Part shown: positions 44,097-51,095 of the stretch, one piece after another | Position numbering within the stretch: the stretch's first letter is position 1 | Layout: the number at the start of each line of letters is the position of its first letter | Assembly: GCA_948466335.1 (NCBI GenBank) | Contig: CAOKAE010000001.1 | Span: forward strand, 162,664-226,663 | Source: an uncultured Coriobacteriia bacterium | Lineage (GTDB): Bacteria; Actinomycetota; Coriobacteriia; Coriobacteriales; QAMH01 | Direction: 5' to 3' | DNA: 64,000 nt | Notes under the pieces: model-generated | What the model was told of the DNA's origin: nothing | Databases searched by the model: none | The model's input: only the letters and a program-made list of their open reading frames with translations | Translations under genes and position numbers: made by a program

Positions 44097-44116
44097 CAAG
44101 CCGGGGACGATAGGCG

Positions 44117-44214
44117 GGGGACAGACCCTCCGCTTCATCCGCCGGCGAAAGAATGGGGACAGACCCTCCAATTGCAGCTTCCGTATCCGCCGGTGAAAGA
44201 ATGGGGACAGACCC
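44117..44214 (+). repeat. REP-like array, 3 forward copies, starting 21 nt after the giant-gene stop
   Basis: Cores at 44117-44128, 44155-44166 and 44203-44214. The 30-nt units 44137-44166 and 44185-44214 (atccgccgg[c/t]gaaagaatGGGGACAGACCC) differ at one base. Confidence 0.9.
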
Positions 44215-44333
44215 CCGCTTCGGCCCCGGCTTCGAATCTCCGCTTCTGCCCCCATGGTTCGCCCAAGCCCGTGTCATCACGAAGCGATGCTATAATTGCC
44301 CGAGCAGACTGACCTTCGAAAGGCACCAAACGC

Positions 44334-44987
44334 ATGAATAACGAGCCAATGTACAACGCGTTCATCAAGAACCGCGAGCAGGTGGACAATCAGTCGTCAA
44401 AACCCAGGAACAAACGCAAGGGCGATCGCGTCAAGGCGGACGATCTTCCCGATTTCGACTTCGATGTCGAGGAGCCGGGCGAAGACGTCACGAGTGGTTT
44501 TGCCCAGGGCCCGGTAGTCGGTGTCGACAGGACGCTTGGAAGCTATCCGGAGTTTCTCAGGCACGACGTCGAAGACGACGCCTTCGATGCTTGTGACGAA
44601 CCGCTTACCAGCGAGCCGTTCGAATTCGAGGACGGATGCGTCAGCTTGCCCCACCCCGACGTCTTCAACTCGTATCCTCCCGAGGTGCAGCGCAAGATCA
44701 TGGAGTGGACCGACCGTGATATCCGCGCCCGTCGTGATGACGAATCGCGCCGCCAAGATGCGATATTACGAGCCAACATCGCGCGCGACAAAACGAAGAT
44801 GGCCGTTCCCGTCGTCATCGTCATTCTGTGCATCGTCTGCGCGGCGATTACCGGCCTGTATACGAAAAACGCACTCTTCGTGATCGCGTTTCTCGTCGTT
44901 GCGCTCGTCGTGATCATCGCGCTTTTCGTGAGCCGCTACGAACAAAGCAGGCGCGGTCACTTCCACTCTCAATACCCAAAGCCATAA
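44334..44987 (+). CDS. DUF2335-like membrane protein (hypothetical)
   Basis: 217-aa ORF. The central LPHPDVFNSYPPEVQRKIMEWTDRDIRARRDDESRRQD resembles the DUF2335 signature (PPP..l..Y....P....I...........R), followed by two hydrophobic helices (MAVPVVIVILCIVCAAITGLY, ALFVIAFLVVALVVIIALFV). A terminator follows. Confidence 0.55.
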   Translation: MNNEPMYNAFIKNREQVDNQSSKPRNKRKGDRVKADDLPDFDFDVEEPGEDVTSGFAQGPVVGVDRTLGSYPEFLRHDVEDDAFDACDEPLTSEPFEFEDGCVSLPHPDVFNSYPPEVQRKIMEWTDRDIRARRDDESRRQDAILRANIARDKTKMAVPVVIVILCIVCAAITGLYTKNALFVIAFLVVALVVIIALFVSRYEQSRRGHFHSQYPKP

Positions 44988-45005
44988 GGCAGGCATACGT
45001 CGCAC

Positions 45006-45032
45006 AAGAGCCCCTTCCTGGGGCTCTTTTTT
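45006..45032 (+). terminator. Rho-independent terminator
   Basis: AAGAGCCCC (45006-45014), a 5-nt loop, then GGGGCTCTT (45020-45028) running into a T6 tract. It lies 19 nt after the 44334..44987 stop. Confidence 0.8.
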
Positions 45033-45073
45033 CGTGCCATCAACCAGGAGTCTCAAATGGGGGTCTCAAATGG

Positions 45074-45130
45074 GGGTCTGTCCCCCTATTGCCACCTGCC
45101 AGCCGAAGCCTTGATCGGGGGTCTGTCCCC
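45074..45130 (-). repeat. REP-like pair, 2 reverse copies upstream of the RAYT-type gene
   Basis: GGGTCTGTCCCC at 45074-45085 and 45119-45130. Both are followed by the reverse complement of the second arm (ctattgcca / tcattagca). They are preceded by a 13-nt tandem partial duplication at 45051-45076. Confidence 0.9.
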
Positions 45131-45299
45131 TCATTAGCATCGGGGCAGTGGAGGCATGGCCGTATCTGCATTTACTCGGAAACCGCTCCGTTTCCACTTC
45201 GATTGATGTCCGAGATTGCTCAGATTCCCGGGGTGGTTTGCTCGGATGTTTCCGATGTAGTCTGTTTCCGCAGAAGACCTGACGGAAAGGAGGTGCAGT

Positions 45300-46097
45300 G
45301 TGCCGCGCCAGCCACGCAGACAATCGTCAACCGGGTATTACCACATCACGAATCGCGGCGTTGGCAAAGCGCGCGTCTTTAGCGACGGCAACGACCACTC
45401 GTTTTTCATAGATTGCCTGCGACTTGCGCAGCGGGTCTGTCACTTCAGGGTTCTCGCATATTGCATAATGACCACGCATTTCCACATCGTCATCAAGTGT
45501 GAGGGCGCCGTTCCAACACCCCTTTTCCAGAGCATAGGAGCACGATTCTCGGCCTATTACCATAAGAGGCACAAATGCTCTGGGCAAATATTCCAGGGTC
45601 GTTTTCGCAGCGAGGCCATCGAGACGGACAGGCACCTTCTCTCTGCGATTCGCTATGTATGGCGCAATCCCGTCAAGGCCCACCTCTGTTCCTACCTGGC
45701 CGCCTATCCGTGGAGTAGCTACAATTGCCTGGGCAAATCGGGTGGCTTGATCGACGACGAGCTCCTTTGCAGCTTCATGAGTGCCGATGAGTGGCGGGCC
45801 TTTGCGTTGCAGGAGACGGACGGCCGTCATCTCGAGCCCTTCCCTCTGCGACTGTCGGACAGTTTCGCTCGGAAACTGGTCCGTGAGGAATGTCGACAGT
45901 TTGGCGATGTGCCGAGGGATGCTCTTGAGAAACCAGAATGCCCTCCTGCACTTGCTATGTGCTTGGATGCGGGGATGACCGTGGCGCAGATTGCCAGAAT
46001 CCTGAACATCGCCGCAACTGGTATGTATCGTGCATTGCGTAAATGGGGTCGGCAGGTTCCGAGGGCATGCACTCTCGAAGCGTCGAGTAGTCCGTAA
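45300..46097 (+). CDS. IS200/IS605-like HUH Y1 transposase of the REP-associated tyrosine transposase (RAYT) type, with a C-terminal HTH extension
   Basis: GTG start 6 nt after AAGGAGG (45287-45293). N-terminus PRQPRRQSSTGYYHITNRG..RVF...DHSFFIDCL. HUH motif in VLAYCIMTTHFHIVIK. GQIFQGRFRSEAIETDRHLL. Catalytic-Tyr motif AIRYVWRNPVKAHL...YPWSSY. C-terminal MTVAQIARILNIAATGMYRALRKWG looks like an HTH. Confidence 0.85.
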   Translation: MPRQPRRQSSTGYYHITNRGVGKARVFSDGNDHSFFIDCLRLAQRVCHFRVLAYCIMTTHFHIVIKCEGAVPTPLFQSIGARFSAYYHKRHKCSGQIFQGRFRSEAIETDRHLLSAIRYVWRNPVKAHLCSYLAAYPWSSYNCLGKSGGLIDDELLCSFMSADEWRAFALQETDGRHLEPFPLRLSDSFARKLVREECRQFGDVPRDALEKPECPPALAMCLDAGMTVAQIARILNIAATGMYRALRKWGRQVPRACTLEASSSP

Positions 46098-46191
46098 TCA
46101 GGCAAACAATCGGGATTGACCGCCCCGTCCCTCGAAAGATTTGGTACTCTGTCGAATAACAAACCAATTAACCTTTCGAGAGGATAATAAA

Positions 46192-47457
46192 ATGCCCCAG
46201 GACATGATAAGCGTCGATGAAGCACGTCAAAGAACGATCGCCCTCGCGAGCGAAGCTCGTTTCAGGACGCCGGTCGAGAAGGCTGACCTATTCGCCGCTG
46301 TCGGACATGTTGCTGCAGCCGACCTTTCGAGCGATATCGACGTCGCTCCATTCGACAATACGGCAATGGACGGTTTTGCCGTGGTCGCGTCCACTCTCGA
46401 GGGTGCCAGTGAGGACAGCCCGGTCGAGCTGGATATCGTCGATTGGGTCGGTGCGGGGGTCGTCAGCCAGGTTGTCCTCAAGCCCGGCGAGGCGATTCGC
46501 ATCATGACGGGCGGTATCATGCCGGAAGGAGCCGATGCCGTTGTCAAGATAGAGGATACGACCTTCACCGGAGACGGTGGTGTGGGCGAGCGTGTCCGCA
46601 TATGCGCTCCCGTGACCAAGACGAACGTGCGCAAGGCGGGCGAAGAGGCCAAAGCGGGTGATGTCATCGTTCGCAAGGGCGAGGTGATTCGCGCCGCGAC
46701 CGTCGGATTGCTCGCAAGCACCGGAAACACGACCATCCCCGTGTATGCCCGTCCCAAAGTCGGCGTCATCAGCATCGGCACCGAGCTCGTCGCGCCTCCG
46801 GCAAAGCCCGAACCGGGAAAGATTCGTGATGCGAATGCGTACGTGTTGGGCGCCTATGCGCTTGATCTCGGATGCGAAGTGAACCTATACCCGATTGTCG
46901 AAGATGACGAGACGGCCATTCGTGCCCTATTCGAGCGGGCGATTGACGAGTGTGACTTCGTCGTTTCGAGCGGCGGGGCGAGCAACGGCGATTTTGATTA
47001 CGCCATCGAGACCGTACGCGAGTTGGGCGAGGTCGTCTTTGACTGCGTGAGCCTGAGGCCGGGCAAGGCCCAGGCGTTCGGTTGCGTGGGCGACACGCTC
47101 GTCGAGGTCCTTTCAGGCAATCCCGCTGCCGCGGCGGTGGGCTTCCAGCTTTTCGGCCGTCCTGCGCTACGCGCCATGCAGGGATTCGTGGAGCTTGACC
47201 GTCCGGTCAGCGACGCCGTTCTTGCGCAGCCGACGCGTAAGAAGGAGCCCCGCGCCTTCTATCAGAGGGGACATCTCGAGGTGGGGGAGGATGGTCAGCT
47301 GCTCGCATGCCAGGAGGAAAAGCAGTCGTCCGCCCTGCTGTCAGAGATGAATCGTAGCACCGTGCTCATCGAGCTTCCGCAAGGCACTGGCACGTTCGAA
47401 GCTGGAACGCCGGTCAAGTGCCTCCACTTGGATATTGACGAGGGCGTTGTTATCTAG
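46192..47457 (+). CDS. moeA: Molybdopterin molybdotransferase MoeA
   Basis: ATG 46192 lies 8 nt after GAGAGGA; the ORF-track start 46141 is a TTG extension. Motifs FDNTAMDGFAV, IRIMTGGIMPEGADAVVKIEDT and SGGASNGDFDY. 421 aa. Confidence 0.9.
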   Translation: MPQDMISVDEARQRTIALASEARFRTPVEKADLFAAVGHVAAADLSSDIDVAPFDNTAMDGFAVVASTLEGASEDSPVELDIVDWVGAGVVSQVVLKPGEAIRIMTGGIMPEGADAVVKIEDTTFTGDGGVGERVRICAPVTKTNVRKAGEEAKAGDVIVRKGEVIRAATVGLLASTGNTTIPVYARPKVGVISIGTELVAPPAKPEPGKIRDANAYVLGAYALDLGCEVNLYPIVEDDETAIRALFERAIDECDFVVSSGGASNGDFDYAIETVRELGEVVFDCVSLRPGKAQAFGCVGDTLVEVLSGNPAAAAVGFQLFGRPALRAMQGFVELDRPVSDAVLAQPTRKKEPRAFYQRGHLEVGEDGQLLACQEEKQSSALLSEMNRSTVLIELPQGTGTFEAGTPVKCLHLDIDEGVVI

Positions 47458-47479
47458 GCCCAGCGATACGTTGATAGTG

Positions 47480-47512
47480 GAAACCGCCTCCTTCGCGAGG
47501 CGGTTTCTTTTT
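47480..47512 (+). terminator. Rho-independent terminator after moeA
   Basis: GAAACCGCCTC (47480-47490), loop cttcgc, GAGGCGGTTTC (47497-47507), then TTTTT. Confidence 0.85.
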
Positions 47513-47528
47513 GCCCCGATGGCAGCAT

Positions 47529-47614
47529 GGGGACAGACCCTCTTGTGCCGTACGTAATAATTCGGGGACAGACCCCCGACAATAGGAGGATACCGACAAT
47601 AAGGGGACAGACCC
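47529..47614 (+). repeat. REP-like array, 3 forward copies
   Basis: Cores at 47529-47540, 47564-47575 and 47603-47614. The third has the arm ccgacaataa. Confidence 0.9.
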
Positions 47615-47731
47615 CCGAATTCGACCCCCGAATCCCCGCCCTCAAGCCCTCTCGAGCTCATGGGATGGCCGTCTCCTCCGCATTGTCGCGCTGGGTATAA
47701 TTGCCTCGACAAAACCGTTTCGAGGAGACCG

Positions 47732-48561
47732 ATGTCCGCCCAAACTCCAGATGAGAAGTACGACGCCTTGGTCATTCGCCTTCGTTCCCTCAAAAACGTG
47801 GCGGTCGCCTTTTCGGGCGGCGTTGACTCCACGTTGTTACTGCACGCCGCGCACGAGGCGCTTGGCGATAGGACGGTTGCGATTACGGCGCGATCGCGCC
47901 TTTTCCGCAACGCGAACTCGACGAAGCCGTTGCGTTTTGCAATGACCGCGACATTCCGCACGTCATCGTCAACACGCACGAGCTCGAAGACGAGATGTTC
48001 CGGCAAAATCCGCCCAATCGTTGCTATATCTGTAAAACGGGGCTACTGCGCGCCGTTATCGACGTCGCGAACGGGCGCGGGGTCGACCATATCGTCGAAG
48101 GGTCTAACACTGACGACGAGAGCGACTATCGTCCAGGTGCGCAGGCAATACTCGAGCAGGGGGTGATGAGCCCGCTCAAGGACGCTGGTCTTTCAAAGCG
48201 CGAGATACGTGATTTGTCGCGAGAGAAGGGTCTTCCCACCTGGAGCAAACAGTCATTTGCGTGTCTTGCCTCGCGCTTTGCGTTCGGTGAGGTCATTAGC
48301 GAGGAGCGCCTTGGCATGATCGACGCAGCGGAGCAGATTCTTCTCGAAAGGGGAATTCGACAAGTTCGCGTGCGCTTTCATGGGGCAATCGCGCGTATCG
48401 AGGTGCAGCCGGATGATTTCGCGCATCTTGTCGATTCGGATGTTCGAGAGGATGTTATCCGAAACATCAGGGCGCTTGGATTCAAGTATGTGACGCTTGA
48501 CCTTGGAGGCTACCAGACAGGCAGCATGAACATGACAATTGGGGGACAGACCCTCAACTGA
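47732..48561 (+). pseudogene. LarE-like PP-loop ATP pyrophosphatase / sulfur transferase (COG1606 type) interrupted by a -1 frameshift
   Basis: The upstream frame (ATG 47732, RBS GAGGAG) gives VAVAFSGGVDSTLLLHAAHEALGDRTVAITARSRLF. The downstream frame, open from 47872, gives PFPQRELDEAVAFCNDRDIPHVIV...NPPNRCYICK...DYRPG...FACLASRF...VRVRFHGAIARIEV...YVTLDLGGYQTGSMN. Adding one C at about 47905-47906 (ttcc_gcaa) fuses both frames into a 276-aa protein. Confidence 0.8.
48542..48553 (+). repeat. REP-like copy forming the last codons of the larE-like gene
   Basis: catgacaattgGGGGACAGACCCtcaactga is translated MTIGGQTLN-stop. Both the arm and the core are present. Confidence 0.9.
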
Positions 48562-48752
48562 GATTCCCAACTGAAATCTCCAGTTGAGCCCCCATTAAGC
48601 GGGTTCCAATTACCCGGGAGCCCACCCTCCCACCTTTGGCCGGTGTGCCGGCTTCGCTCCCCGTCGTTCTCAATCGCGCTCGACCGCGCAAGCCTGTGAC
48701 CGATGTCCTATACTTGCAATCAATCTATCTATCGTTTGCACAAGGAGAGCTC

Positions 48753-49172
48753 ATGAGCGAATCACGCGCAGGTTGGTATCCGGATCCTTCGGGTAATCCG
48801 TCGAAGCTTCGATACTGGGACGGAAGCCAGTGGACCGATGACTATGCGGATAGCCCCTCGAATGCGCAGGATACGCCGGCATCCGAAGAGGCCCTATGCC
48901 AGGTGCAGGCTGTCGATAGCGCGCAGGTTTCATACGGCATGACCTCGCAGGACTCGACGCTGCGCCTCATCGCTTTCGTTTTCTGCCTCATTTCCACTGT
49001 GACGGCGGGATGGATGCTCATTCCTTTGGCGTGGATGATTCCGATGTCCGTACATGCTTGGGGAATTTACAAAGGAAAAAAGCCGAACACCGTCGCATTT
49101 GGCGTGTGTACGCTGATTTTCGTGAGCCTCATAGGCGGCATACTGCTCCTCGTTTCCAAAAAGGACGCCTAG
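48753..49172 (+). CDS. DUF2510-domain membrane protein (hypothetical)
   Basis: ATG 48753 follows AAGGAGAG. N-terminus GWYPDPSGNPSKLRYWDGSQWTDDY (DUF2510-type motif). The C-terminal half has hydrophobic helices (LIAFVFCLISTVTAGWMLIPLAWMI, AFGVCTLIFVSLIGGILLLV). The ORF-track start 48636 is probably an extension. Confidence 0.6.
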   Translation: MSESRAGWYPDPSGNPSKLRYWDGSQWTDDYADSPSNAQDTPASEEALCQVQAVDSAQVSYGMTSQDSTLRLIAFVFCLISTVTAGWMLIPLAWMIPMSVHAWGIYKGKKPNTVAFGVCTLIFVSLIGGILLLVSKKDA

Positions 49173-49207
49173 CTTCATTCCGCAAGATGATGGGTGGGTG
49201 ACAAGAG

Positions 49208-49328
49208 GGGGACAGACCCCCTCTTCGTGCTGGCCCCCCATCCCGCGCACCTCCAAGCGCCTGCTCGACTTGGGGCCGAGCAATCGCGCGTTGCGGTTCT
49301 CCCTGCGTAACAATATGGGGACAGACCC
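49208..49328 (+). repeat. REP-like copies, 2 forward
   Basis: Cores at 49208-49219 and 49317-49328. The first sits in a 9-bp perfect palindrome, aagaggggg-ACAGA-ccccctctt (49203-49225), with the arm gtgacaag. Confidence 0.9.
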
Positions 49329-49441
49329 CGCATTCCCCGCACACTTTATTCAGTTCGTCATATAGTGTGCACGTACGCCACACAATGGCCACCAGCCCTG
49401 CGTCATGACAACGCGGGAGAGAGCGGAAGTGGGTTCACCTT

Positions 49442-50746
49442 ATGAAGACCAGCAAGATCAAGAAGGCCGACGGCAAGATCATCCTCGAGGTGACTGCCAG
49501 CGCTGATGACGTCAACAGGGCATTCACCCTCGCAGAATTCGACTTTGCCAACTCGATGGGCATCAACCCCGAACCCGGGAAGACCATCGAGCAGGTCGCC
49601 GAGGAGAAGATGGGCATCAAGAACCTCGACTCCATCATCGAGGCCAACGCTGTCGAGGCGCTCGCGCCCTTCGCGGTCGACCAGAGCGGTATCGCCCCGG
49701 CGTTCCCTCCGCATCCCACGCCCAGCACGGCGCTCAAACGCAATCAGGAATTCGCCTTCACCATGGAGGTGACCCCCAAGCCGGATTACGAGCTCACCTC
49801 GTACGATCCCGTCGAAATCACCCTTCCCGAATTCACCATCAACGAGGCCGAGGTCGACGCGCAGATCCAACAGCTTGCCGAGCGCAACACCACCTACGTC
49901 GCCGCCGACCCCAAGCCGCTTGCGAAGGGGGACGCGTGCCTCCTATCCATCAAGTGCTACGAGGATGGCAAGGAGCTCACCGGCCTCACCACCGAGGGAC
50001 GCACCTACGTTGCGGGCGAGGGGTACATGCCCGCCGACTTCGACGCGCACATCTTCGACATGGAACCGGGCGAGACGCGCAAGTTCGTTTTCGAGGGCCC
50101 GAGCGTCGACGAGAATTACAACGAGTTCACGCAGAAGTTCGACTGCGAGGTCACGCTGAAGGAGATCCAGAAACCCGTCACTCCCACCATCGATGACGAA
50201 TGGCTTGCGACGAACCTTCCCATGTACAAGAACCTCGAGGACCTGCGCAGCGAGATTCGCAGGAGCATCGAGCATCGCGATTCCGAGCAATACGAGGCGT
50301 ACAAGCGCCAGATGGTCGCAAGCGCGCTCGGCGAGCGCTTCGAGGGCAAGATCGCCGACGAAGTGTACGAGAACGCGCGGGACAACCTCATGAAGAACAT
50401 TCGCATGGGCCTTCAGCAGCAGGGCATGAGCTGGGAAGACTACGTGCAGCAAAACGGCGGCGAACAGCAGATGAACATGATGCTCATGCTGCAGACGCGC
50501 GAGATGGTCGTGCAGGGATACGCGCTCGACGCGATCTTCCGCCACGAGAACCTCGGTCTTTCCGAGGATGATATCGACGAGGCATGCCACATGATGGCGC
50601 CCCAGGTCAATCCCAAGCAGGTTCGCCAGCAGATCGAGAACGAGGGCAAGAACTTCGTGCTCCGCGAGTCCGCGGAGCGTCTCAAGGCGAACAAGTGGGC
50701 CGCTGACCAGGCGAAAGTCACCATCCAGAAGCAGCCGCAGGCCTAG
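49442..50746 (+). CDS. tig: Trigger factor
   Basis: 434 aa with the trigger-factor layout: an N-terminal domain; a linker FTMEVTPKPDYELTSYDPVEITLPEFTINEAEVDAQIQQLAERNTTYV; an FKBP-like middle (KGDACLLSIKCYEDGKEL...GYMPADFDAHIFDMEPGETRKFVFE); and a helical C-terminal arm domain. A terminator follows. Confidence 0.75.
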   Translation: MKTSKIKKADGKIILEVTASADDVNRAFTLAEFDFANSMGINPEPGKTIEQVAEEKMGIKNLDSIIEANAVEALAPFAVDQSGIAPAFPPHPTPSTALKRNQEFAFTMEVTPKPDYELTSYDPVEITLPEFTINEAEVDAQIQQLAERNTTYVAADPKPLAKGDACLLSIKCYEDGKELTGLTTEGRTYVAGEGYMPADFDAHIFDMEPGETRKFVFEGPSVDENYNEFTQKFDCEVTLKEIQKPVTPTIDDEWLATNLPMYKNLEDLRSEIRRSIEHRDSEQYEAYKRQMVASALGERFEGKIADEVYENARDNLMKNIRMGLQQQGMSWEDYVQQNGGEQQMNMMLMLQTREMVVQGYALDAIFRHENLGLSEDDIDEACHMMAPQVNPKQVRQQIENEGKNFVLRESAERLKANKWAADQAKVTIQKQPQA

Positions 50747-50774
50747 TCGACGCCAACATAGCGCGAGGAAATCC

Positions 50775-50813
50775 GCGCCGAAGGGGGTCCGCCTCCTTCG
50801 GCGCCTTCTTTTT
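50775..50813 (+). terminator. Rho-independent terminator after tig
   Basis: GCGCCGAAGG (50775-50784), a 10-nt loop, CCTTCGGCGC (50795-50804), then cttcttttt. Confidence 0.8.
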
Positions 50814-50824
50814 GATGGCAGCCG

Positions 50825-50969
50825 GGGGACAGACCCTTCCATACCATCGCAGGCGAAAACCGGGGGACAGACCCCTAACTCCGACTCCGGGGTCCCATTC
50901 GTGACAGCTAGGGGACAGACCCCGCGAACCGATTCCATGAGCCGACCCCGCAAATCGGGGGACAGACCC
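50825..50969 (+). repeat. REP-like array, 4 forward copies
   Basis: Cores at 50825-50836, 50863-50874, 50911-50922 and 50958-50969. Spacings are 38, 48 and 47 nt. Confidence 0.9.
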
Positions 50970-51010
50970 CCCATGGAACGACCCCATGAACTCCGCATGT
51001 CGCCGCATGC

Positions 51011-51063
51011 AAAAAGGCACCGAAGAGACCATTGGGCAGGAGAGGTCTTTTTCGGTGCCTTTC
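51011..51063 (-). terminator. Hairpin terminator (bidirectional-looking) for the minus-strand PPIase gene
   Basis: aaaaAGGCACCGAAGAGACC...GGTCTTTTTCGGTGCCTttct. On the minus strand the stem is followed by TTTTT. It lies 33 nt past the stop at 51096-51098. Confidence 0.75.
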
Positions 51064-51095
51064 TCGGCAGAGGACTTAAAGGGGGATGGTGGGTA

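Noticed and set aside
224-43786. Many 60-500 aa plus-strand ORFs in the two alternative frames of the giant gene (e.g. 8488..9618, 25748..27262, 27617..28621, 28661..29908)
   Set aside because: They are Pro/Arg/Ser/Ala/Thr-rich frame-shifted readings of the same GC-rich DNA, with no RBS context or domain signal.
903-44255. Very long minus-strand ORFs antisense to the giant gene (903..5600, 9255..20813, 21096..27092, 27780..37949, 38136..44255)
   Set aside because: They are shadow ORFs. The high-GC3 sense frame depletes stop codons on the opposite strand. Their translations are low-complexity G/A/V/R/D strings with no repeat structure, whereas the plus frame shows clear domain repeats and a sorting signal.
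46104-46130. Degenerate element copy downstream of the RAYT-type gene (acaatcgggattgaccgccccgtccc)
   Set aside because: Only the arm-like acaatc and scattered core bases match. This is too weak to count as the expected downstream flanking copy.
48553-48588. Imperfect 13-bp hairpin (CTCAACTGAGATT...AATCTCCAGTTGAG) overlapping the larE-like stop, as a terminator
   Set aside because: No U-tract follows it (cccccattaagc), so I do not call it an intrinsic terminator. It may just be element-adjacent secondary structure.
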